NCBI RefSeq assembly: GCF_009914755.1
Contig: NC_060934.1
DNA from: the human T2T-CHM13v2.0 reference genome, Homo sapiens
DNA: 64,000 nt
Reading direction: 5' to 3' (one strand)
Both the position numbers and the translations under genes were made by a program. Positions 41,863-56,755 of the stretch are shown piece after piece. Numbering within the stretch: the stretch's first letter is position 1; each line of letters starts with the position of its first letter. The notes below the pieces were generated by a model. It saw nothing but the letters and a program-made list of their open reading frames with translations, did not search any database and had not been told where the DNA came from.

Positions 41863-44189
41863 ACAATGAGAACACACGGACACAGGAAGGGGAACATCAC
41901 ACTTCAAGGACTGTTGTGGGGTGGGGGAAGGGGGGTGGGATAGCATTAGGAGATATATCTGATGTTAAATGACGAGTTAATGGGTGCAGCACACCAACAT
42001 GGCACATGTATACATATGTAACAAACCTGCATATTGTCCACATGTACCCTAAAACTTAAAGTGTAATAATAATAAAATTAAAAAATAAATAAATAAATAA
42101 AATTAAACTTTAATGACCTTTTGATCTACTCTCATTTAATCTGCTTTTATATTCCTCATATTTGGCAGAACCCACAATAATCAGATGAGATTGGCTAAGA
42201 GTAAATCCATATGTCTCTTTCTTTTTGAAAGATTTACTAGTTCACATTTTTAAAAAGTTAGAATTAGAAATTTTAGTCATTAGAAAGTAATGAAGAAATA
42301 ATGACACCCATTGGAGTAATTATATAAAAAAAGCAAATGTAAAAATCCTAGAAAATATATGCCCAATAAAATGAGAATGCTTAAAAAAATGAGGAAAAAA
42401 TGCCGAGCAAAATGAGAGATGAGGGACATAAATTACAAAGTAAAGGTGCTGGGGGGACATTCATCTACATTGAGTGCTGAATCCACAGATTACGGGAAAA
42501 ATCACTGAAAACTGCATTATCCATTTTTTGGTGTTTCTTGGTGCTGACTGGAAATCTGTAATGTATGTAGATGCCAACCAACAAAGAAACAAGATGGGAG
42601 AAGAGTAAGGGAACGAACACGTCAAATACCACAGGCACGGTGCTGGATCCTTTACAGACATTATAATGTGGTCAAAATTACATGAAACAAATTGTCATTT
42701 TGTTTTCCAATTGTTTGATTTTTGGCATTTCAATACTTGAAATTAAAAATGCTTTTTTATTGTTAATTTTAGCTTCATAAATAATGTTAGTAAAATATTT
42801 CAAATGAGTGCCTTTGGAAAGCTTTTTCAATTCCAGGAAAGGCTATGATTTTTTGCCTTCTATAAATTATAACCTTCAGCAAAAGGTAGTAACTACTGCA
42901 TTACCAAAGGGCACTCATCCAGAAAATCTGGATTCTGGAGAACACCATCATCTTAGAAAAACCATTTAATGACTCAAAGTCCGGCAATATATCTTTTAAA
43001 ATAATACCACATAATAAAGAATATTAATCAGACATTTTTCTAGCAAGAATACATGCATTTCTTTTGATCTTCTACATGAAAATGCACATACTGGATGGAC
43101 AAATGACAGTAAAATACTGAAAATTCTAACTTCAAAATGGGTTTCATTTATCAATAGAACATAATATTGGCTTTGATTTTCAGATTGCCTACTGGGGAAT
43201 AAAATTAAGTTATCATATTCTCCATCAGAGATCTTAGTCTAAGTTCATAATTTTTTTTGAGGTAATTGTTTCAATAATTATTTTTTTAACTGACCTTCAA
43301 AAAGTGAAATCTTCTATCATTCCTAACTTCCATTCTGCAGTTTAGAGAGTAATGAAAGCAGTTAACATCCCCACTTACCCCAGATAATTGTCTAAAAAAT
43401 CCCAGCCAAATATGTGAAAAGGACAAGCCATTTTTAGAAACTCATGTAATTTAAATTTATTTTCTCATTTGATATTTTGCAGTTATGTTTAAGTCACATG
43501 CTAGAAGAGTTTTGGTATTTTTTCCAGAAAATAAAAACACTTTGTTTGGAGTACTAACATAAATATAGCTGGGAGAAATAACCTGTAAACTGAAAGCAAA
43601 TCTAATCTATATAAATATCAGTTTGTTGTTCTGTTTCCCTTGTATAATATAGTAAGGCTTTAGACCTCACTTTACTATACTGATGTTAAGGGGTCACCAT
43701 ACAGCAAAACACTAAGCATTTTACATTTCAGCTTTTTCAGAAATAACGTTGTATTCATTTCACAGTGAATAAGAAGATAAGGATGATATCAAAGAACATC
43801 ACAGAATATAACAAGAAATTGCATTTTACAATAGGTAAGAAAATGTTCCCTAGAATATTTACACTTAAAAGAAAAATCTTGCTCCATTGATATAACATCT
43901 CAAGGAAGAACTAGCAATAGAAGAAAATTGTGCTAAACTTTAGACCCTGTTGTAGCAATATTTAAAATGCTGCCTCATTTCCTCACAAGCTAGAGATGTT
44001 ACTTTGCTCCAACTTATTATTTCTTCTTTTTCAAGTAAATGTTGCTGAAATAGATTTGTAAAGATTTCTGATTAACCCAATTACTTTAACCCCAACTCAC
44101 TCTTCAAGACACAAGTCTAACTTTTTTGAAGATAAAGTAACATAAGACTACAAACATTTTTCCGGTTTTAGCAGTTGCCAAAATTGTGA

Positions 44190-44420
44190 TCATGGGCCAG
44201 GTATTTGTTCTCTCCATATCTCAGTTGCCTCCAATATAAATGGAACTTAACAATAGTAGATATCATCTATAGCTTTTGAGTGGATTCAATAGCACGTGTA
44301 CACACACATACACACACATACACTCACATACACTTAAAGACTATGCCTTCACATAGTGAAGGCAATTGCCTTCGTGTGATAGTCTTTAAGTAAATCTAAC
44401 CAATGCTTGATTGCAATAAT
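44190..44420 (+). mobile_element. MIR fragment carrying a (CA)n tract and a nested inverted repeat
   Basis: tctcagttgcctcc...aatagta...cacttaaagactatgccttcacatagtgaag resembles the MIR core and tail. Confidence 0.55.
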
Positions 44421-45215
44421 GATTAATAGTGGTAGTTTTAGTTGTGTGAGTTAAGACAAGATGATCACGTAAGTAGCTATAACAAATATTTAGTGAACAG
44501 TTACTATGTGCAAGACACTTTTTATGCTTGACACGTGTCATTTTATTTAATCATGTAACAACACAATAAGGTAAATGTTATTATAATTATCCCCATTTTA
44601 TGGATAAGGAGAGCTGGGATACAGAGATTGAGACAGACAAATGAATATAACACCAGAGAGAAATAAGAGAGACCTGTTTTAGAAGGCAAGAAAACAAGTT
44701 AGGAAATAAAAACGTATCTTTCAGATGCTATATAAAAATGGTCTAGATTCGAAGCAATTTGTTAATCAAGTGTAAAACATAAGGGTAATTAATGAAAATA
44801 ATATTTTCATCATTAGTTTTAAGTTTTTAAAGGTTTTTAAGTATGTTAAGTATTAAGTATTTTTAGTTTTAAGTATTTCAAGTAGTTTTAAGTATTTCAA
44901 GACTTTAAGACAAGACTGATTTTTTGGACTCCTAGATACATAATTATGTGAGTTAAAATTGGGATTATCCATTTTTATAAGAAACTACTCAAAAATTAAA
45001 ATATAAAAATTTTGGCTGCTAGCCAATCCAAAAACTTTCAATCCTTTTACCATGTCATAAAGCAAATGCTAACTCCTACTTCCTAAGCATCCCGACAGGG
45101 CCAAACTCTTCATGCTTTCAAGGATGTTATCTATAAGCATGGTCCACAGGATAGTTTAAAATTTCTGATTCTGCTTCCAAATTTGAACTGCACTCACATC
45201 TCACTCACTCTCATC

Positions 45216-45365
45216 TCATTTTCCCCAGCACTTTCTTCTCCCTCATCTTCCTATTTCTGAATGGTTCCCTGGCCAGTTCTCCAGCCAAAAAGCCTTTGGT
45301 TACCTAGTTTTGCTAAGGACTTTCACAACTGAGGCCAAGTGGCAGTGTAATTGCCTGATGGGTTT
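45216..45365 (-). repeat. Inverted copy of 46616-46775
   Basis: Reverse-complement alignment by eye; ORF track echoes it (LRTFTTEAKWQCNCLMGL vs LRTFTTDAKWQCNCPMGL). Confidence 0.93.
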
Positions 45366-45619
45366 GTATGATAGTTACATTTCTTCTATATTTTTATTTT
45401 CAACTTCAGTAGCATTGAGAAATTTCATATTAGTATATTTATGTGCAATTGGCATTCTTTATATTCTATTCATATCCCATTTATATTATTTCGTGTACTG
45501 TATTTTTTCCATTAGACTTTTTGTCAAGGCAGCCTGAAACCTAGTAATGATAATAAATCTGTGACCCCAAGAGGGTGGGATGAACCTATATTACTTTTAT
45601 TTCTCTTGTGTCTTCCTGG

Positions 45620-46635
<1,016 letters not shown>

Positions 46636-47091
46636 CTGCCACTTGGCATCAGTTGTGAAAGTCCTTAGCAGAACCAGGTAACTAAAGCCCCAGCTTTTTG
46701 GCTGGAGATCCGGCCAGGGCCAGGGAACCATCAGAAGTAGGAAGATGAGGGAGAAAGAAGTGCTAGGGAAAATGACACTGCAATGTTGATTGTGAACCCC
46801 TGGCATCAACTCCAAACCATGCTTATGTGGATCTGAATGTAATCAGCCTAATCGAAGGAACAGACCACCTCTCAGGTCAGAGACTAATAACCACTAACAT
46901 TGGACACATTGGAATAACACAGCAAATGCTTTAAAAATTGAACTGACATTGGAACCACAGACAATAGGATGCTAGATGTAATTATCAACTGAACTTAAGC
47001 ATGTTGATTGCCTGATAAAACAACAATATAAGCATTCTCCATAGAAGGTAAACAAAGCCTCTTAATATAATATTAAATACCTGTAGATACT

Positions 47092-47543
47092 TTAGTAGGC
47101 AGAATAATGGCTCCAAAGATACCCAGATTGTCATCCTCAGGACCTGTGAATATGTTACCTTACATGGCAAAAATGGATTTGCAGATGTGATTAAGCTAAG
47201 GACCTAAAGATAGGGAGCTTATCCTGAATTATCTGGATGGATCCATAGTCATCACAGGTGAAAGAGAGAGGCAGAAGAGTAGGTCAGCGTGATGAGTTGT
47301 GAGAACTCAACCAGCCATTGTTGGTTTGGATGATGGAGGAAAGAGGCCAAGAGCCAAGGAGCACACAAAAGTGGGAAAAGGAAATAGATTCCCCCCTGCA
47401 GTCTCTAGGAAGGAACACAGCCTTGCTGACACCTTGATTTAGTCCTGTGTAACTAGACTTCTAGACTGCAGAACTGTAAGATAATAAATGTGTATTATTT
47501 TAAACAACTAAGACTGTAACTTATTATTGCAGCAATAAAACTG
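47092..47543 (+). mobile_element. MLT1D-like MaLR solo LTR
   Basis: taggcagaataatggc...tgtgaatatgttaccttacatggcaaaa...cagaactgtaagataataaatg. Confidence 0.85.
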
Positions 47544-48011
47544 AAAAGTCTTTTAAATGCCACTAAAATTGATAAGACTCTAGCAAGATTGTCAAAGAAA
47601 AAAAGGAGAAAGCCAAATTACAATAATATGAATGAAATAGGGAATTATCACCATAGCATCATAGGCATTAAGAGGATACTGAGAGAAAACTAGAACAATT
47701 TTATGGCCATAATTTTACTTCTTAAATAAAAAGAACCAAACACTTTAAAGACACAGATTACCAAAATTCAATTAAGAAGAAATATATACTCTGAATATTT
47801 TTAAAACCATGAAGGGACTTGAATTCATAATTTAAATCTTCTCAAAAATGTCATCTTTGGTGATGATGTCAATTGTTAGTTTCTACCAAACATTTAGAAG
47901 TAATGCCAACTCTACAAAATCTCCTCCAAAAAATAGAAGAGGTAACACTTTCCATTTCATTTTATGAGACCAGCATTACACTGATATCAAAGCCAAAGAT
48001 AGTATAAAAAT

Positions 48012-48116
48012 GAAGATGAAGGAGGAGGAAGGAGAGGAATGAGAGGAGGGAGAGGAGGGGGAGGAGGGGGAGGAGGGGAAGAAAGGGGGAAAAGGCGGAG
48101 GAGAGGAGGAAGAGGA
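48012..48116. repeat. Polypurine (GGA/GAGGG)n low-complexity tract
   Basis: About 100 bp almost entirely G/A on the + strand. Confidence 0.9.
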
Positions 48117-48650
48117 TAAAAAAATATAAACATCATATATTAGCATGTGTGTATGTATGTCTGTACCACAACCAAATGGGATTTATTCTAGGGGTACAAG
48201 TCTGGCCAATATTTTGGCATCAATGAAATCTGTATTAATAGTCTAATGAAAAATGTAATAATTATTTCTTTTTTTCAGGAAAAATATGTAAAATTCAGTG
48301 TTCATTCATTATAGAAATTCTCAGCAAAGTAGGAATGGTAAGGAACATCCTCAACCTGGTGAAGAACATCTAAGAAAAACCTGTGACTAATATCATACTT
48401 AATGATAAAAGAATATTGGCTTTTCTCTTAAGATTGGGAACAAGGCAAGGATGTTCACTCTAACTTCTCCCATTCAATCTTGTGCTAGAAATTCTAACTA
48501 CTACAATAACAATTTTAAAATATAAGAAATAAAAACTTAAAATGAAGAAATATAACTGTCCCTATTTACAAGTGATATGATCATCTACATAGAAATCCCA
48601 AGAAATCCACAAAAGACTCGTCAACCCAATGGAGTGCAGCAAGGTTATAG

Positions 48651-49107
48651 TGAGGTAGGAGACCAGCAGGACTTATTCCTGGTCTCAACAGGATGAAGTG
48701 AAGAAACCAGCAAGAATCAGTAGATGACAACAGAACCAACCTCTAGGTGTCCCCACTGCTCATCAGCATAAGACACTCCCACCAGTGCCCTGACAGTTTA
48801 CAAATGCCCAGCAACACCCAGAAGTTACTGGCCGTTTTCTAGAGAGTTCTGAGTAACCCACTCCTTAACATGCATGTAATTAAAAGTGGGTATAAATACT
48901 ACTAGCCAATAGTCCACATGCTGCTACTGTGGATGCTCAGGCTCTGGGTTAGTGCTGCTCCACAAGGAGCTGTCATTCTGCGGTACACTGACACTTCAAT
49001 AAATAGGCTTTCTTTCACCACTAGCTCACTCTTGAATTATCTTCTGAGCAAAGTCAAGAACCCTTCTGGACTAAGCCCCAATTTTGGGGCTCACCTGCCC
49101 TGCATCA
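48651..49107 (+). mobile_element. Solo ERV1 LTR, MER41 family
   Basis: TG...CA termini; cataagacactcccaccagtgcc...gacagtttacaaatgcc; TATA ~48890, AATAAA ~48998; end aagccccaattttggggctcacctgccctgcatca; flanks atag/acag. Confidence 0.85.
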
Positions 49108-49711
49108 ACAGGATACAAGATCAACATACAACAAAACAATTTTATTTCTGCACAATATGAATGTAACTATAAACTGAAAGTTTAAAAGAAATACCATTTA
49201 CAACACCTCAAAAATTTGGTATAAATCTGGCAAAATGTGCAGAATCTGTATGCAGAAAACAACAAATGCTGATTAAAAGATATCAAAGGGCCAAATAAAT
49301 TGAGACATATGATGTTCATAGATTGAAAGACTCAACATAGTAAAATGCCATTTCTTCCCAAATTTAGATTTATTGAAATTCCAAACAAAATCCCAGCAGA
49401 ACTTTATAGATATAGATAAGCCAATTTGAAGATTAATATGGAAATTCAAAGGAATTATCATAGCTGAAAGGGTTTTGAAAAAGAAGAATAAAATTGGAGG
49501 AATCACCCTACCTAAATTTAAAATTTACTGTAAAGCTACTGTTATCAAGACAATGTGGTATAGATCAGCTGATCAATAAAGCAGAAGATAGTCTAGAAAT
49601 ATATGGCCAAGTGAATTCTGTGCAAAATAATCCAATGGGGAAAAGACAGTCTTTGCAACAAATGATGTTGGAAAACCTGAACATTTATATGCAGTTAAAA
49701 CAACCTGACCT

Positions 49712-49953
49712 GGAGTTTGAGACCAGCCTGGCCAACATGGTGAAATCCCGTCTCTACTAAGAAAAATTAGCTGGGCATAGTGGCACATGACTGTAATCCC
49801 AGCTACTCAGGAGGCTGAGGCAGAAGGATCATTTGAACCTGGGAGGCAGAAGTTGTGGTGAGCCTAGATCACGCCACTGCACTCCAGCCTAGGCAACAGA
49901 GCAAGACTCCATCTCAAAAAACAAACAAAAAACACAAACAAAACAACAACAAC
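49712..49953 (+). mobile_element. 5'-truncated AluS with (CAA)n tail
   Basis: Perfect TSD aacaacctgacct at 49699-49711 and 49954-49966. Confidence 0.95.
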
Positions 49954-50051
49954 AACAACCTGACCTAAACCTCACTTTATCCAAAATTTAACTCAAAAAA
50001 CATTATGATGTAAATATGAAATGAAAAGCCATGGAACTTTTTGAAAAAATC

Positions 50052-50367
50052 AGCCAGGGGTGGTGGCTCATGTCTGTAATCCTAGCACTTTGGCAGGCCA
50101 ATGTGTGAGGACTGCTTGAGCCCAGAAGTTCAAGACCAGCCTGGGTAACATAGTGAAAACCCATCTCTACAAATTTTTTAAAAATTAGCTGGGTGTGGTG
50201 GCATGCACTGGTAGTCCCAGCTACTTGGGAGGCTGAGGTGGGAGGATCTCTTGAGCCCAAGACGTCGTGTCTGGAATGAGCTTTGATTGTACCACCCCAC
50301 TCCAGCCTAGGCATCAAATTGAGACCCTGTCTCAAAAAATGGAAAAAACAAAACAAAACAAAAAAAC
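50052..50367 (+). mobile_element. AluJ-like
   Basis: gcttgagcccagaagttcaagaccagcctgggtaac; gaggatctcttgagccc. Confidence 0.92.
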
Positions 50368-51639
50368 CTTTACAACTTGGTGTTAGTCTAAGAGTTCTTA
50401 GAGATAATAGCAAAAGCACAATCAATAATTTAAAAACAGATCAGTTAGATTTTGTCAAAATGTAAAACTTTTGCTTTACAAAAGACACTATTAGGAAAAT
50501 GAAAAGCTAAACTTCAAAATTGGAGAAAATATTTTCAAACCACATGTCTAACACAGAACTTGTATCCAGAATATATAAAGCACTCTCGAAACTCAATAAA
50601 AAGAAAACAAACAACTCAATTTAAAAATTCATGATAATATCAAAAGGCTGGTGAGAATGTGCAGTGACTAGAACACTCCTACATTGCTGTTGGGCACTCT
50701 CTTGTTTACACTTCCCATATGCCTCAGCAATACTATTCCTGGGAATTTACTTTAGAAAAATAAAATTTATGTTCACAGAAAGATATGTACATGAATATAA
50801 ACACAGCTCCATTCATAATTGCTGAAAAACGAAAACAAGCCAAAGTTCTAGCAATCAAAGCCTGACACATTTGACTGGTTAAAAAAAAAAGTTTATGTTA
50901 TATTTAGACAGTTTATTACTTAGCAAAATAAAATGAGCAAAAATGCCAGATACCCAAGCCCCTTATCTCAAAGGATGACACTGAAACAAAAATAGCGAGT
51001 AATGTGATGATGTATCATCAGTAGTGGGAGCAACCTGCTGCTGCAGATCCAATTGCATCTTGCAGATAAGCAGCTTTATACTTTGCAGTTGTGCCCAAAT
51101 AACAGAGAGGCAGAGAGCCTCAGGCCTCTTCAAAACCCATGAAGTGATGAGTAACTGTCTCATGGCGGCCTCCTTGGAAGATAGGTAGAGGGGGTAGGCT
51201 CTTCAAAGCCTCCCACACTCTCATGTTCCAGGAATATCTCAGAGCATTTTACCAAAACTTAGATCAGCTGTAGTTAAGCCTTGGCCAAATAGCCTCTCTA
51301 GAGACATGCAGGGAAGATGTTTATCATAAGCCCAGAAACCCCTCTCCTGGGATTAGAGAGACCTTAGGGAGTGAAAAATGTTGATCACACAAAACAATTG
51401 TATGTCAATGTTTGTAATAGCTCTATTATAATCACACAAACTGTAAACAATCCAAATGTCTTTCAACAGGTGTATGAACAAATTTTGGTACATTCATATC
51501 ATGGCATACTACTCAGCTCTAAAAAGGAAAGAATTATTGATATACTCAACGCCATAAATGAAATCACTGTGTTGTAAATTCTAGATTTGTATTTCATTTA
51601 ATATAATTTCTTCACTTTTAAAAAGTGTTAAACTTATAT

Positions 51640-52800
51640 TTTCTTTTGACTATTGAGGTAAAATATACGTAACACAAAATTTATCATGCAAGTCATTTGG
51701 ATGTGTACAATTCAGTGGTATTAAGTGCATTCACATTGTTTCACAACCATCATTTCTATTCCTCTTCAGAACTTTTTCATCATCCTAAACTAAAACTCTG
51801 TACCCATTAAGCAACAACTTTCCATTCTCCCCTCCCCAGATCCTGGTGACCACTATTCTATTTTCTGCCTCTACGGATTTAACTATTCTAGGTGTGTCTT
51901 ATTAGTAGAATCAGACAATATTTGTCCTTTTGTGTCTGGCTTATTTCACTTAGCATAATGTCTTCAATGTTTATTCATGTTGAAGCAATCAGAATTTTAT
52001 TCTTTTTAAAAGCTGAATAATAGACCATTGTATGATAAGCCATATTTTGTTTAACCATTCATCCCGTGAAGAGCATTTGGGCGGTGATAATCTTTTGGAT
52101 ATTGTACATAATGCTGCTGTGAACATTGGTGTGCAAATATCTTTTTGTGTCCTGGCTTTCAATTATTTTGCTCACACAGTTGGCCCTTGAACAACATGGG
52201 TCTGAACTGCATGAGTCCACTTATATGCAGATATTTTCAATAAAACTTACACTGACCATTCCTGTCCCTCCTGCCTCCCCTTCCACTTCCTCATCTTCTC
52301 CCAGAGACAGCAAGACCAGCTCCTCATCTTTGTCCTCCTCCTTAGCCTACTCAACCTGAAGACAACAAAGATGAAGACTTTTGATAGTCCATTTCCATTT
52401 AATGAATAGTACATATATGTTCTTTCTTATTATTTTAATAACATTTTCTTTTCTCTAGCTTTCTTTAAGAACACAGTATATAATACATACAACATACAAA
52501 ATCTGTGTTAAATGGCTGCTATGAGTAAAGATTCCAGTCAACAGTGAGTATGTGTAGCTAAGTTTTGAGGGAGTTGAAAGTTAAATGCAGATTTTCGACT
52601 GCACACGGGTCAGCAATCCTAACCCCTGAATTATTCAATGATCAATCATATACCTAGAAGTAAGATTTCTGATCAGATAGTAATCTATGATGCTTTTTAC
52701 AGTGGCTGTACTATTTTTCATTCCCACTGGCAATACCCAAGGGTTTCAGTTTCTCGACATCCTCACCAGTACTTTATTTTCTTTTCTTTAAAAACAAAAT
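51640..52800 (-). mobile_element. L1MB-like 3' end, interrupted by Tigger2
   Basis: gtacaattcagtggtattaagtgcattcacattgtt...ggcttatttcacttagcataatgtcttca. Confidence 0.85.
52177..52648. mobile_element. Tigger2a/MER28-like DNA transposon
   Basis: cagttggcccttgaacaacatggg...ttattcaatgatcaa degenerate TIRs. Confidence 0.85.
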
Positions 52801-52802
52801 AA

Positions 52803-53118
52803 CAGCCATGCATCACTTAATGGTGGGAATACATTCTGAGAAATATGTTGTTAGGTGATTTTGTCATTGTGCAAACATCATAGTGTGTACTTACACAAAC
52901 CTGGATGGTATAGCCTGTTGCTTCTAGGCTAAAACCTGCATAGCATGTTGCTGTACTAAATACTGGAGGCAACTGTAACACAGGGTAAGTGTTTATGCAT
53001 TTAAACATATGAAAACATAGAAAAGGTACAGTAAAAATAAAGTTTTATAATCTTATGGGATCATTGTCATATATATGTTCCATCATTGACTTAAACACTA
53101 TCATGTAATGAATGACTG
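52803..53118. mobile_element. Tigger3a/MER7-like DNA transposon
   Basis: cagccatgcatcacttaa...ttctgagaaat...catagaaaaggtacagtaaaaata...atgactg. Confidence 0.85.
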
Positions 53119-54848
53119 CATTTAGTAATTATTTATTTATTTTTTTAATTTCTTATATTGTTATTGAAACAAAATTTTGGTTCTTTATTTTAAATGGAAC
53201 TCACTTTTTGTTATGATGTAAATGACAGATCTAACATTTTTTTCTTCCAAAATAGACAGCCAATTGCCAAAACAAATATATTATTTTTCTAGAATTATCC
53301 AAAATGCTACCTAAAATTCCTATTCCAAATGGATCTGATTATACGTTCTGTACTGTTTTCCATAGATCTATTTGATTATTTTTGTGTCAGTACTATACTG
53401 TTTTAATCATGATGGCTTTTATGCTTAGTTTAATAGCTGGTACAGCAAGCCTTCACTCACACTCTTCTGTCCAATTGTTTTAAACAGTTTAATTTAATGC
53501 TGCCCTCAGGCTGAGAAACTTGTGCCAGAATGTAAATTAAGTACAGCACTTACTATACCATCTACTTTACCTGATAGCAAGACTTTTTTCACAAATTAAC
53601 TGGTGCATTGACCTATATTCTGACACATTCTGATAATGAACTAGTTAAAAAATAAAACAGTTCATGTAAGTTGCGATGGGTGGACTGCACTTGAGTTATA
53701 TTGGTTTAGACTTCTTGGCTATGGGTAATCTAAAGCCAGGGAACCATGCTTGTTCTAGAAGGTTTTTTCCCCCTGCCCTCCTACCCCTCCTAACTTTCTA
53801 TAGCATGCACATCCCTGCAAGTCCCTTTCTTGCATTTTCTCTCTAGTGTTTCTGATGACTTTTCTCTTCCCATGCTGCAGCCCATAGAGCGACTGAGCAT
53901 TAGGACTTTCTGAAGGGCTTAGGCAGCATGGAATCCCATAAAATCTCTGGTATCATCTCTCACTTACCAACTAGTTAAAATTTCATCTTCTTCCTGAGTG
54001 GTGCAAAAACTATTCTGAAATCAAATTATGCATTCTTTCTTGCTTTATTACTTATAGTTTAAACTCTGGCTCCTTGGAACTCACAAATCTTTTTTTTCTC
54101 TCAAGAAAGTTCACTTTTTATAATAAAGGCTTGTTTTAGACTACTGTTGTGGTTATTGGCTTAAAACATTATTCTTGTAGATTTTTTAATTCCTGAAGTT
54201 TTTCTCAGTCTTTTAGGAAAAAAGAAAAAACACAAAAATGTGTTCAATGTTAGAGTCTGCTTCGATCTCTACTTATGGTTGAAGTAATGAAGACAGAGAA
54301 GTTGTAGCATGGGAAAATAATTATAGTCTGGTAAAAACTGGTCATTAGAGGAGCCTGGAGTTGAGGGAAGGAACAAGAGAATACAAGTACAAAGTAGACA
54401 TGCTTGCAGGATGTGCGCATTTCCCCAGGAATCACTGGAAACATTTTTGGAGGGTATCTGATAAAGACTGAGCATTGTGTACTCATAATAGATGAGTTAT
54501 GGATAGTCAGACCATGCTAGATGAGCCCGAAAGGGAAGGGTGACTCCTCAGGGTAAAGAAGTTACAGATATTTGAATTGCATGGGCAGTAGAAACTTACA
54601 TGCAGCATATTATTTTAAAACAGTTCATTTATTCATAGCTATTATAAATTGCATAATAAAAAGAAGTAAAAAGTGAATTGGAAGTATGTTTCTGAGTGAT
54701 TAGGTAATATATTTCCTACGAAATTAACAACTGATGAGTAGAAGAGGACTCAAGTAGTTTCGGATCCATCCCTGCTTCTTGGGTAGTGCGTCAATAAGAC
54801 TCTTGGCAGGACACTTCTTAAGGGATTATTAGGTGTCGGTGCTTATAA

Positions 54849-55349
<501 letters not shown>

Positions 55350-55849
55350 ATGTGTCTCCAATTATTAATTCTAGAAAAAGATAAAGGCTTATTTTATATA
55401 AATTCCCTCCATATAGATAACCTTTTTATCCCTCAGAAAATGTACTTATAAAGGAGCAGAAATGGGGCAAAATGGTTTCACATGCTACTTATTGACAGGA
55501 AAAGACTTAAAGTTGGGGTGGAAAAGAGGATTCAATATCATGTTACACAATTCTTCATAAGATTTAGTTTGCTTTTTCTTGGAAGCACAGATTAATTTGG
55601 AGTCTTTTACCTTTACATATGGATTTCAATAACCTTTTTTTATTCTTAGTGTATAAAATTGCCTGCCATTTCCCTCCCACAAGTAATATCATTATAATTT
55701 TAATCTAATTAGTTTGCCTACATACTTGCATTCCTTCATCTTCTTCCTATTCCATTTATTAATATCATTCTTTCCTCTCTTTATTACCTATTTTGTCATA
55801 GGAATATAGTTCAATATCAAGTCAGCATTTACCTGACAATGATACTAAA

Positions 55850-56080
55850 AATAATAATACAACATTTCTTGAGGACTTATTAGCTCCCAGTGTATATGTT
55901 AAGCATCTTACAATCTTACACAAATTATTTCATTTCATTGTCAAAACAACTTTATAATATAGATACTAATAGTATATTTCATTTATGAGGAAACTGATAT
56001 TTAATGATGGAGTAGTATCATCAAGGTATCACATAACTTGAAATGGAAGAATCAGGATATGAACTGTCTCAGTTCACAGT
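55850..56080 (-). mobile_element. MIR
   Basis: aataatacaacatttcttgaggacttat...atgaggaaactga...caaggtatcaca. Confidence 0.7.
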
Positions 56081-56352
56081 ATCATTATAAATTTAAGTGA
56101 TATTTTTTAACTTAAAAGTAACATTTATCTCCTATAAACCTTTTTATTTTCTGAAGTGTTTTTAAGGATAGTTTTCTAAAATTAAAGTTCAAAATGAAAT
56201 AATTCATTTACATTCTTGGAGGAGGAATGAACGATAGGCAGTTTATTAAATTGATATTTCCTATCAAAATTCTTTTAGCTTCCATGTTCATCTTCTTTTC
56301 TGCATTGCTATTACTTCTAAATGATATAGTCGAAATGATATTCTTTCAAATT

Positions 56353-56755
56353 TGACCGAGTTTAGCTATTTATCCACTGAAAAATCTCTTGTTGAAATTT
56401 GATGTCCAATGTTGGAGGTTGGGCCTTGTGGGAGGTGTTGAGTCATGGGGGCAGAACCTTCATGAATGGCCTGGTGCCCTTCTCAAAGTAAAGACTGAGC
56501 TCTTGCTCTATTAGTTCCTTTGAGAACGGATTGTTAAAAAGAGGCTGGCATCTCTCTCCCTTTCTGAAACCATGTGATGCCTGCTCCCCTTCACCTTCCT
56601 CCACAAGTGGGGGCAGCCTGAGGCCCTCACCAAATGCAGATATCAGTGCCATGCTTCTTGTACAGCCTGCAGAATTATCAGCTAATTAAACCTCTTTCTT
56701 TATCAATTACACGCTCTCACATATTCCTTTATAGCAATGCCAACAGACTAAAACA
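56353..56755 (+). mobile_element. MST-family MaLR solo LTR
   Basis: gttgaaatttgat...caatgttggaggt...gccatgcttcttgtacagcctgcagaa...cagactaaaaca. Confidence 0.85.

Larger units (their letters stand above)
46850..51580 (+). mobile_element. Fragmented old L1M element hosting MLT1D, MER41-family and Alu insertions
   Basis: Collinear ORF2-like motifs (cattttatgagaccagcattacactgata, gggaacaaggcaaggatg, aaagactcaacatagtaaaa). Confidence 0.75.

Noticed and set aside
42461-43000. Short ORF and AP-1 motif (tgactca 42970-42976) in non-repeat DNA
   Set aside because: No splice or homology support; a single 7-mer is expected by chance.
48651-49107. Interferon-inducible STAT1 enhancer of the MER41B type
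   Set aside because: I see no intact TTCnnnGAA motif in the expected part (ttctagaga, ttctgagta), and the LTR looks like another MER41 subfamily.
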